Shown here in pieces: positions 1 through 10,100 of a DNA stretch of 19,227 bases. Both the position numbers and the translations under genes were made by a program. This stretch comes from a virus. Its lineage: Duplodnaviria; Heunggongvirae; Uroviricota; Caudoviricetes. The stretch is taken from the IMG/VR virus record IMGVR_UViG_3300029740_000238, one strand, 5' to 3'. The notes below the pieces were generated by a model. That model was given only the letters and a program-made list of their open reading frames with translations, was not told where the DNA came from and searched no databases. The number at the start of each line of letters is the position of its first letter. Position 1 is the first letter of the stretch.

Positions 1-46
1 TTAGGGAGCCCGCCCTTTTTGTATGAACAAGAAGGAGCGTAATGCA

Positions 47-787
47 ATGTTCAAAATTCACGATGACAAAGTCTATTTCGTCGCCGAAACCCCCGATATC
101 AACAAAGTTATCGAAATCTTCCTACCTAAGGATGACCGTGGCACCATTATGGATTCACACGAAATCCGTGTGGACCTGTGCCGTGCCGTCATTCACATGG
201 AGAAGAAGGGTGTCCGTGTCTTGAAGGTCCGCAACATTGAGGATACCAACAAGGCAAGCATCGACATCTGGCACATGCCGGAATATCAGGAGGCTGCAGA
301 GTCTCCCGTAAGCGATGTGGTCAATGCCTGCATTGAGTCCTGCTTTGATTCCGGTGCAATGTTCAATCTGCCATGCAAAGCCAACCGCAAAACCCATGAA
401 GTTTTTGCTGTCGAATGCTGCGCAAGCCCCGATGATGATGACTCGTTCAGTTATGCAGAAGTGAAAATCAACGGCAAGGATTATCCTATCAATTTTATTG
501 ACGATATTCTTCTCGAAAACAATGTTGATGATGCGCTGGATGAGTTTTATAGAATTCAGCAGACAGGCGAGTATTGGCAGCCTGATGGCAACAAAACGCT
601 GGATGATGCCATTCACGAATGTCGTTGGGCTATCCTGAAGGATGCCATCCAGAAGCGCGGACATGAGGCTGTTGCTGATTTTGTCGGGACCGACATTTCC
701 AGCGATACTTACGACCGCGTGATGGATGAAACCGAAGCCCAGATGCCGGACGAAGAGTTCGAGCGCTTCTGGGAAAAGTACATCTAA
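47..787 (+). CDS. Acidic hypothetical protein (~246 aa)
   Basis: ORF 23..787. RBS AAGGAG at 32-37 favours the in-frame ATG at 47 (MFKIHD...). D/E-rich; no family recognised. Confidence 0.8.
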   Translation: MFKIHDDKVYFVAETPDINKVIEIFLPKDDRGTIMDSHEIRVDLCRAVIHMEKKGVRVLKVRNIEDTNKASIDIWHMPEYQEAAESPVSDVVNACIESCFDSGAMFNLPCKANRKTHEVFAVECCASPDDDDSFSYAEVKINGKDYPINFIDDILLENNVDDALDEFYRIQQTGEYWQPDGNKTLDDAIHECRWAILKDAIQKRGHEAVADFVGTDISSDTYDRVMDETEAQMPDEEFERFWEKYI

Positions 788-822
788 GAAACATCTCACA
801 CACAGAAAGGGAGCATATTACT

Positions 823-1149
823 ATGGCTATTTTCAATACCAACGAATTTCTCCGCAAAACCTTCAGCAAGACCATCTTTGGTACTGCTGCACTTCGTCCG
901 GAAGCAGTTTGTGCAGACGGCTTCACCCTGTCGATTCAGGCAAGCGGCATGCACTACTGCATACCGAACGAAGACCTGTCGGACGGCAATTACTCTAAGG
1001 TCGAACTCAGCTACTTGTCTGAGGAGGTCGAAGAGTTTCTGCCGTTTGCTGAAGACGACGAGGCACCGCTGGCTACGGTCTACGGGTATGTGCCCGTAGA
1101 AACCGTAGACGCGGTTCTGGCCAAGCACGGCGGTATCGTCAACGCGTGA
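823..1149 (+). CDS. Conserved hypothetical protein of a phage/MGE type (108 aa)
   Basis: RBS AGAAAGGGAG upstream. Pattern C-x-DGF-x2-SIQAS-x2-HYC-x-P...VE...AE...TVYGYVP...HGG resembles a small uncharacterised phage protein family (recalled, not searched). Confidence 0.8.
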   Translation: MAIFNTNEFLRKTFSKTIFGTAALRPEAVCADGFTLSIQASGMHYCIPNEDLSDGNYSKVELSYLSEEVEEFLPFAEDDEAPLATVYGYVPVETVDAVLAKHGGIVNA

Positions 1150-1165
1150 GGGGAGGGAACTTACG

Positions 1166-1492
1166 ATGGAAGTATTCACTATCGTCGCCAATGAGGTCAT
1201 TGGCTTATCCGCAACGGAATGCACACTGATGCAATTCAGCTACAATCCGGAGCAAATCCATGACCCCGAAACGGTCCTGCGCAGTGCTGTCATGGACTAT
1301 CTCAAGACGGATGAAGGCAAACGACAGCTGGAAATCAACTGTGGTTGCTGGAACTGGGGCGATGTCGATGACATTCCCGGCTCGTTCTTCTTGAACTATG
1401 GTCTGACTAAAATCGCTCCGCCGGATGTGAATGTTGTCGTCGACCGCAACGAGAACTTCATGGACGACTACGACGATTGCGAGGAAGAATAA
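1166..1492 (+). CDS. Acidic hypothetical protein (108 aa)
   Basis: RBS GGGAGGG just after the previous stop; co-oriented and tightly packed; ends DDYDDCEEE. Confidence 0.8.
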   Translation: MEVFTIVANEVIGLSATECTLMQFSYNPEQIHDPETVLRSAVMDYLKTDEGKRQLEINCGCWNWGDVDDIPGSFFLNYGLTKIAPPDVNVVVDRNENFMDDYDDCEEE

Positions 1493-1502
1493 CAGAAAGG
1501 GC

Positions 1503-1790
1503 GTCAACAACCCCGCCTAAACCGGCTCGCCGGTTATAGACGGGGCTTGCGGGGCAACCCGTAAGCCCGGTTGATTAGCCTAAGTCTGCTGCTCCGGCGG
1601 CAGGAAACTACGTTGTGTACTAATAATATAGGCACCTTACTCATGCTCCACAAGTGGTGAGCTCTGCGGATGTTTGTTAAAAATCTCTGAGGGTAGGAGA
1701 CGTGCAACCATCATACCGAAAGGTAAAACAGTACAACAACATTGGCGATGTGGGCCACGGGGCGCAAGCCCTGACTTATCGATTCATTAT
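1503..1790 (+). ncRNA. omegaRNA scaffold (HEARO-like) of IscB; the guide would be the 5' flank, about 1483-1502
   Basis: ~300-nt non-coding structured region directly upstream of iscB. GTCAAC (1503-1508) pairs with GTTGAT (1570-1575); hairpin GCTTGCGGG-GCAA-CCCGTAAGC; typical blocks TTGATTAGCCTAAG, CTACGTT, GGCACC, TGCTCCACAAG, CTCTGCG, AACATTGGCGA. 3' end approximate. Confidence 0.85.
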
Positions 1791-1810
1791 TTACGAAAGG
1801 AGTACCTTGC

Positions 1811-3213
1811 ATGAGCACTTGCGTTTGTGTTCTTAGCAACAACGGTGAACGCTTAATGCCCACCATCCGTCTTGGCAAGGTGCGCCATCTTTTGAAAGAC
1901 GGAAAAGCAAAAATCATTAAGCATCATCCCTTTACTATCCAACTGCTGTATGACAGCAAGACGAACACGCAGCCTATTGAAATCTGCGAGGATGTTGGCT
2001 ACAACTACATCGGCATCAGTGTGAAAAGTCAATCTCACGAGTATGTATCTGCTCAATATGATACATTACAGGACGAGAAAGCCTGCCACGACAGTTGTCG
2101 TAAGTTGCGCCGTACACGCAGAAACAGACTGCGTTACCGTAAACCGCGTTTCGATAATCGCAAACGTGGCGAGGGTTGGCTTGCGCCCTCTCTTGAACAC
2201 AAGAAAGAACTCAACGTCAATGTCATCAAGATGTATTGCGAAGTAATGCCTATTACGCATGCAATTGTTGAGGTTGGTTCTTTCGATACGATGCTTGTAA
2301 AAGCAATCGAGGAAGGCAAAGCCACACCAGAAAGCGCAGATTATCAAAAAGGTCCCCGCTACAAGTTGGCAACTTTGCGGGAGGCGGTATTCTATCGGGA
2401 TAACTACACTTGCCAGGTTTGTGGGCGCAAAGCTAATGAAGGTGCAATTTTGCACGTGCATCACATGTTTTATTGGAAAGGTCGCCATGGCAATAGTCTG
2501 AGCGAGCTTATAACAGTATGCGAGAAGTGCCATACACCAGCTAGCCATCAAAAAGGCGGCAAGCTCTACGGATTTGGTGAAGATATAAAGTTCGCCAATC
2601 TTTCTGGCGCGGCATTCATGAACACCGTGCGCTGGCAAATCGTTAATGTACTTTACGCTGCTTTTGGCAAGCCGTTCGTCACATTCACTTATGGTGCGAT
2701 GACCAAAGAAAAGCGGATTGCTCTTCATCTTGAAAAGAGTCATAACAACGATGCGTATGCAATGGGCAGCTTTCATCCAGTTAACCGCTGCGCGTTTGAA
2801 CATTATGAAAAGGTGAAACGCAATAACCTAACCGCATTCTCGAAAAGTTTTATGACTCGCAGTACATTGACACTCGCACTGGTGAACTAACTAACGGCAA
2901 AAACTTATTCAACGGTAGAATCAGCCGCAGCCATAAAAAGGATTCCGAGAACCTGCACAAGTACCGTGGAAAGAGGATTTGTAAAGGGCACCGCGCTCTA
3001 CGCCGAAAAAAGTTGGCCCTCAATCCCGGAGATTTAGTTTCTCTCAACGGAGAAATTCTTGTTGTCCATGGCACTCATACCAAAAAGAATGGTTCTGTAA
3101 ACGTGGAATTCAAGGTTCCGTCCAAAAGCGGTAAGAAATCTGCAAGTCTAAAAAAGCTGGAAATCATTAAAACGTCAAATTCCATGCGCTCTGCATGGAA
3201 GAAGGTCTCTTAA
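1811..3213 (+). pseudogene. iscB: RNA-guided endonuclease IscB, frameshifted (465 aa if repaired)
   Basis: PLMP-like RLMPT, RuvC-I EDVG, bridge helix RRTRRNRLRYRKPRFDNR, RuvC-II VEVGSFD, HNH region CQVC..HVHH..CEKCH, RuvC-III SHNNDA. The TAACC-TAACC duplication at 2824-2833 shifts the frame. Removing 5 bp gives RNNRILEKFYDSQY... open through to the stop at 3213. Confidence 0.92.
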
Positions 3214-3411
3214 ATAACCAAAGAAAGGAGTAGCAGGGTGATTGCGTTAACTAAGTTTACCTCAAATCAACTCTTGGTTAGCGCATTCCTCACCGCCTAA
3301 GTCGCAAGCGACTATGGGCGGTGTACCCTGCGCACAAATTTGGTGGACTTCCTCCGATGAGAGCGTTGCGACGGTTGATGAAAGCGGTACTATATAAATA
3401 TTATATAAAGC

Positions 3412-3443
3412 AAAAGCGGTGAGGTTAACTCACCGCCTTTTTT
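3412..3443. terminator. Bidirectional intrinsic terminator
   Basis: AAAA-GCGGTGAG-GTTAA-CTCACCGC-C-TTTTTT, lying 2 nt from the stop of the convergent minus-strand gene. Confidence 0.8.
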
Positions 3444-3445
3444 AT

Positions 3446-3811
3446 TTATGTTGTTCCGACCATTTTGTTTGCTTCTTTCAATATTATCACAGGAACGTCA
3501 TGCCGTGTATACTGTGCAGTTACTCCGATGAGGGCAATATGTATAACACCAGCTGAATGCTTGAGGAGGGTTTGACATTTGGACGAAAGAGCAGACCAAA
3601 CCTTTTGCGTCATGTTTAGGAAAAGCAGCATTTTGATATTGCTGGTATCGTACAAATCGCAGTGGTAGTAATTTTCATAAGGATTGCATTTGCTTCGTAC
3701 GGCTCTCAGATGGCAATGAATGGAACCATAATATAGAGCATGTGGCGGCAATTCGGAAAAGCATGATATTGCTTTTATTGAAATCTTTGGCAAAACCTCA
3801 GCTTCTGGCAT
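3446..3811 (-). CDS. Orphan hypothetical protein (121 aa, MPEAEVLPKI...)
   Basis: Within ORF 3446..3913. AGGAG (plus strand CTCCT 3823-3827) precedes the ATG at 3811; the stop abuts a terminator; visibly more AT-rich than its neighbours. Confidence 0.6.
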   Translation of the reverse strand: MPEAEVLPKISIKAISCFSELPPHALYYGSIHCHLRAVRSKCNPYENYYHCDLYDTSNIKMLLFLNMTQKVWSALSSKCQTLLKHSAGVIHIALIGVTAQYTRHDVPVIILKEANKMVGTT

Positions 3812-3841
3812 TTTATAATACACTCCTATACAAATTGAGCA

Positions 3842-3880
3842 GGCGGCTCTCCTGAATTGGAAGACCGCCCTTTTTATTTT
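3842..3880 (+). terminator. Intrinsic terminator-like hairpin with no upstream plus-strand gene
   Basis: GGCGGCTCTCC-TGAATT-GGAAGACCGCC (imperfect stem) followed by CTTTTTATTTT. Confidence 0.5.
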
Positions 3881-4013
3881 AGTTGTCGGATTATCAGATG
3901 TTAAGGTTGCCATGTTGCGGCTGCATTGTTGTTGATAAGAGGCATAGTTTTTTGCAGTTTATATCGTTAAGAAGTCACTTTTCACTTTCCGCGAAATTTG
4001 TTTTTCTGGCTTA

Positions 4014-4041
4014 TTGCCAAGGCTTGCGAATCGCATATGAT
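4014..4041 (+). promoter_or_regulatory. Promoter with TGCGA box, upstream of the giant surface protein gene
   Basis: TTGC-caaggct-TGCGAATCGC-a-TATGAT; same architecture as 13457 and 15105. Confidence 0.7.
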
Positions 4042-4145
4042 AGAAAATGTACGGAAGCAAAAAGCAATGCGTGCAGGGGCGTTGAAGCGTGGCGCTCAGC
4101 CAAAGTGCCTGCAAAAACGCCGCTGTACAGAAAGGAAATCGCATT

Positions 4146-7100
4146 ATGCAGAAAATTATGCAAAAAGTGACCTCCGTAGCATTGGCCGCCAGCATGCTGT
4201 TTTCGATGATGTCCACGACCGCACTTGCGTTCGCAGACGATACCGTAGACAGCACCTCTGTATCGACCGATGTTACTACGGATGCCCCGGCTGCGGAAGA
4301 GGCAGATGCGGTGGATTCCGGTAGTTCAACAGATGCCGACTCCTCTGATGCCACTTCCGCGCCGACTATCACGGATGTTGTAGACCTGACGCATGAATCG
4401 TATGAGGATACCGACTCTAACGATGAAACTACTCAGGATGCAACGTCTGATGTGGTGGATGGGGAAGAGACTTCTGAATCGGATGCCAACGACACAGAAG
4501 TCTCTACTCCTGAAACTGCAGAACCCACTTTCGTCGGTTTGCAGACAGTAACGCCGGAATACGGCGATAAACTGACTGCGGATGTTGGCGATTCTATCAC
4601 TCTGGATGCTCTGCTGAATCGTGACGATGTATCCGTCACCTATCGGTGGCAGCGCAAGCAGAACTTTGCTGTTGATACCGCACTCGCTTGGTACAATTAC
4701 GAAGAAGGCGAGCCCACCTGGTACAACTTCGTTATCGAAGACACCACGGAACACACAGTCCTCGAAGAGCGTCCCGACTATGTCTGGCAGGGCTGCGAGA
4801 TGTACTACGCTGTAGTCGATGCACTCGATGAAATCGGTGCTGATTCCAGCGATGTCCAGATTGCATACCACACTCCCAACTTCGTTCTGGATGGCTACAC
4901 CATCACCGCTGCCAATACCAAAGACGGCACCGTTGAAGTCTATGCTTCTAACGGAGAGAGCACTTACACCGCACATCTCAACGATGACGGCAAGTGGGAA
5001 TTTTCCGATGAAAGCACTGCAAATCTGAAAAATGATTGGCAGGATATCGAAGGTGCAACAGAATCTACCTATACTTTTGAAGTGACGGAAGATGACCTGT
5101 TTGCTACCTATCGCTGCCGCATCACGGTAACGGATGAAGCATACCGCGAGGAAAACTTCAAGGCTCTCGAAGATTTGGGCAATGAGCTGACCGACGAGGA
5201 CAAGGTCGGAGATATCATTCTCCAGACGGTTCAGTTCAGCGTCAGCCTGCCGGAAGACGAGAACAGCAGTGACGTTGCTACTCAGAACATGCCTGATACG
5301 GTTGTTATGCTGGCAGACACGTTCTCTTCTCGCTCCGCTGACAGCATTGCCATTTCCTCGGATAACCAGTGGATTACGGGTCTTAACGGCAACTACGAGT
5401 ACATCACTAAGAACATGTACGACCAGGTGACTGAATGGTTCAAGGCTGGTAAGATTGATAAAGCTACGGCTGACCGTTACTGGACTCGGATTGGTGGGTC
5501 TTTCAATACGAGTCACTTTACGGCAAATGTGTTGGATGATAATAAATTTCCGACTGGTACTACCCGCGAATACATGGGCTTTCCCTTAACTGATGGTGAC
5601 AAACTTGAAGTCAACTCTGAGTGGTATGGTCAGACCGTTTATTTCCGTCCACACAACGACAGTAACGATTGGAATCTGACTGGCACCGCGGTCAATGTTC
5701 CCGCTTACACTGCTGTTCTTCGCAACAATGGTAGTTATGGCACTGGCGCATCTGGTACAAAGTACAAGGACGCTGTTGTTTTCCTGAATCCTTGGATTTC
5801 CGATGCTGGTCATGTCTACGCGAACTACATCAACTATATTACCGACAATGGTTGGCTGTGCAACAATGATGGGTCTCACATGCGCCAGCATATTACGGTC
5901 CTTTCTATTAAGGTTGAAACTTTTAACCAAGACCCTGACCGTTATATGATGGATGCCGAGGGTAATTATCGAATTGACTCTATCGGCTGGGGTGTCTGCG
6001 TCAATCAAGAGCCGGACCTTTCTGGTAAAGCCTATTACGCAATCAAAGCGTTTCTGAGTCAGGGCTATGGCATGTGTATCGGCCATGATACGATGTATGC
6101 CTATGCCGGTTCCTGGTACGATGCCCATGAGGCCGGTTATACCGACCCGGGTTCTCGTGATTATTACGAGGGCGGTCGATACGGTCCCGATAAGAACGAT
6201 ACGTCTACTCGTTATTACGTACTGAACAGTGTACCAAACATTGATAATGGCCATTGGAACATGAATGCTTTGATGGGCGCTAACGGTGGCAACATCGATT
6301 CTGGCACAGTTCTTCCGACCGATGCTATCTCGATGATTCTTTCCACCGGTGGTTCTCACAGCTCCTACGGTAAGGCTGGTATTATGTACGGTTCTGACCA
6401 GCTGAGTGTGAAACTGAAGCCTTACTCCAATTCTCAGGCTCAGAGCACTGTCAAGTATCGTAATCCCACGAACTTCCCCTACGACTTTCCGTCTACTCTT
6501 TCTGCCGCCAAGACGCACTCTAACTCTCAGGTTGCATTCGGTCCTATCTGGGTCGATTACGCTGGCGGTAACGTGACTGGTGCAGAGTTCGGTTACAATC
6601 CGGACCCGACAACCAAGACAATTACCGATGAAGAGACTGGCCAGTCCTGGTTCGGTACAAGCAACTTTTACTTGTCTGGTACTGGCAACTTCCTGATGAA
6701 CCAGATTGGTCATTTGCCGAATAACCAAGCTACTCGTGATGAATCTGCTCTGTTTGCCAACACTGTCATGTACATCTCTCAGCGCAAACAGTGCGAGATT
6801 TGTGCAGCACAGCAGAATGGCCAGGAAGATGTTCATTTCGTGATTCGTGTTTCCTCTGTCAACGCACAGCAGGTTCTGTCTGCTCTGCAGGCTGGCGGCA
6901 CTTTCTGGTATCCGCTGAATGGCTGCTATCAGCTGACGGATGACCTGACACTGCCGGAAGGCTGGAAGCCCATCAAGAACTTCTCCGGTCACTGGAACGC
7001 AGACGTTTATAAGGTCAAGCTCGCAAGCAACAATCAGCCTGTGTTTGATAACACAAGCGTGACTGCAAACGGTATGTATACCAGCGGCAAGAACAACGGC

Positions 7101-10100
7101 TGGAACCTTGGTTCTGATATGACCAAAGGTACGCTGCCGATTCTGAAGCTGGACAATCAGCCGGATGTTCGCATCACCGGTGTTGCTCGTGTTGTCGGTG
7201 ACCTGAATGCTCTGTTCCCGACCTCTTACGGCGTGACCGATTATACCGGTTACAAAGTTGTTGTTCATGGCTCTGATGGCGTTGACTATAACTGTGTTGT
7301 AAACAGTGATAGCAAGTACGTCATCTCGAACCTGCCGACCACCGGTATGATGCGTGCCGATGTCATCGATAAGAGCGGCAACAAGGTCACTCAGTTTGGT
7401 ATGATTACGGTCGATGTTCCGAATCATTTCTGGAACGACACTGAGACCCATCCTCTGCAGCTGATGACCCCAACCGCTGACCCAATTGATGACTATAAGG
7501 ACTGGGAAGGTCCGGTCAACAAGACGGTTGACAGTAAGCTGTATTACAATGAACAGCTGAAAGCCTCCGATGTTACCTGGTATTACCGCATTATCTCCGT
7601 TGACAACCAGGTTGGCGATTGGGTGAAAATCGGTAATCCTGGCACTTCCTTCGATACCTCTGACGGCACTGTGAGCGGCAAGATTAACAGCCTGACGTTC
7701 ACTGCAGCAACGGACAGCGACTTGCCTTATACGACAAGCTCTGTAAGTTACTCCAAGTTGGATTACACCACAAACCGTATTCAGTTCAAGTGTGAATACA
7801 CCCTGAGCGGCGCGGTATATTCCAGCATGGACAAGGCTGAGGATGGCCGCAACGGTTATGTTGACGTTGAAATCCGCCCAATGTATATCGAGCAGGCTTT
7901 TGACCGCCGCATCTCCGTTGGCGGCAGCACTTCCTTCTCCTTCGATGCATTCTATTGGAAAGGCGTTGAAGATGGCCTGACTTATGAAGTCCAGTACCGT
8001 GATGCAAGCGGTAACTGGGTTGCCGTTGGCAGCGATGCCAGCCTGTTCCCGTCCTCAAAGTACAAAATCAGTTACGTAACGAAAACTGATGACAACGATG
8101 CTTTGGGCGGCGGTGTCTGGTATCCGTCCGATTTCTGGGTTCCTGATTCCTTCACTGGCAGTGATGCGAAGATGAATGCAGGTAAATCTACATTCAATAA
8201 GCACACCACCGTCACGCTGGAACTCTCGAATGCAGCAATGGATTGGGATGGCACAGATTTCCGCTGTGTCTTCACCTATAAGTCTACCGGGCATACCATG
8301 AGCACCGATACTACCACGGCAAACGATATTGCACAGGCTCGTACCGGTCACCTTATCATCTATGCACCGCCCATTGAGATGACGCCATTGAAGGCTCAGT
8401 CTCTGCTGCTGAATAACTACGATTCCAGCAACGGCAACCTTGCATGGACAACCCCGGCTTCCAACCCGAATAATGGCCGTAGCCCGAAGGAAATTCCTTT
8501 GGATGCTATCAATCCTGATAAACTGGGCCAGGGTGGTAAAGCCTATGGCGCAGCAGGTGATAACAAGGCCATTTATACTACAAAGATTACCTATTACGGT
8601 AATAAAGACAGTGCTCCCACCATTAAGTGGTTGTACAGTGATGTGGCAGGCGGCGGCAGCCTCTCTCAGTTCAAGGATGTCGGTGATGCCGTCACATTGA
8701 AGTACAGCGATGTTGGCAAGAAGATTGGCAACATCAGCAAGCTGAACAGCCGAGTGGCTGAACTTGAAAAGAGTTTCATGTCCAGCGGCAAAGCATTCAA
8801 TAAGTTCAGCGGCTACATTAAGCTGGAAGCAATGTACCCGACTGAATCCAAGGACCTGAACAACAGTTCTTATGCGGAATGGAACGCTATCGTGTCTTTG
8901 TACATTGATAACGCTACCAACCCGATGGATTACGGTAATACGCACTTCTATTTCCGTTGCCAGGCTGAAGCTCAGTACATGCAGAACTGGGATAGCGCCG
9001 ATATGAAGCCCTATACCACTGCTGCAACTGATGCCTACAACTTTAATCGTGACGTGAACTCCAGCAATCCGGAAGACCATTTGTATAAGGATATCAGCCA
9101 GTCCTCTTACGGCGCTGAACTGGTTCTGGATTACAACATTTCCATTAAGGCCAATGTTCCGAACAAAGCTACGAAGAAGCGTAATACTATTACGACTGCA
9201 AATGGCAGCGCAAAGGACATTTCGACCCTGCGGAATGAAATTTCCGAAATCAACACAGCTCTGAATAACGGCGGTGCGGTTTACAACTACAAAGACCTGG
9301 CGATTATCGCTCCGAATGGTCTGCGTTACATGGAAACCTACTTCATCGCGGGGAATGGCGTAAATAACCGCTCCGGTATCGATTCCCGCGACACTGTGGT
9401 TATCGATAACAAGATTCGCAACTCTGACGGTAAGTGCTTTACGGACCTCTTCGAAAAGGTTACGGATGATGAATTCGTCAACAAGCGTCAAGGCTTCGCT
9501 TACCGTTCTAAGAGCGGCAACACGATTCCGAAGGAAACTTGGGAATGGTTCTGGCGCAATGCTATCTACTACATCTGCTATGATGCTCCGACCACAAAGG
9601 CCAACATGGACCAGGTGTATTTCTACATTGATGAACAGAACAGCGGTGCATCCTCTTCTCAGGTCTACTCCGAACCCAACAGCACTTCGAAACCCTATTC
9701 TATGTACACTGCTCCGTATACCGGTGAGTATATCATCACTCTGAACGGTGCAGGCGGCGGCGTTGATAACCAGTTTGGTCTGTCTCCCGAACGCACTTCG
9801 CTTGGCGGCAAGACAAGGATTCGCGTCAAGGCGGAAAAGGGCGCGACGCTCTATTTCGTCAACGGCGGTGCTGGTTCTCATGACCCGACCCACTATGTCA
9901 ACGGCGCATCGAGCCCCGATGCCAACGCTAAAGTCGTCGTTCAGGGCGGCTATAACGGCGGCGGTAACGGCGGTATCATGATGAAGGAGCGCTACACTCA
10001 CTGGAGCTTGAAGGGTGCTTCTGGCGGCGGTGCTACTACCGTGGCTGTCGGCATCATCGGCACAGGTCGTTTGGCTGAGTACGGCGATGAAAACACGGCC

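Larger units (their letters stand above)
1503..3341 (+). mobile_element. Non-autonomous IS200/IS605-superfamily IscB (OMEGA) element; right boundary approximate
   Basis: Begins with the typical GTCAAC-AACCCC end. Matching subterminal hairpins at 1511-1545 (CCCCGCCTAA-ACCGG/CCGGT-TATAGACGGGG) and 3291-3323 (CACCGCCTAA-GTCG/CGAC-TATGGGCGGTG). Carries iscB; no tnpA in the window. Confidence 0.88.

Noticed and set aside
1..20. GGGAGCCCGCCCTTTTT, probably the 3' half of a terminator
   Set aside because: The 5' arm lies outside the window, so the hairpin cannot be confirmed.
1503..1790. CRISPR array associated with iscB
   Set aside because: No repeat-spacer pattern is visible here or elsewhere in the window; this is a plain omegaRNA.
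3013..3213. 66-aa ORF as an independent gene
   Set aside because: It is the C-terminal part of the frameshifted iscB.
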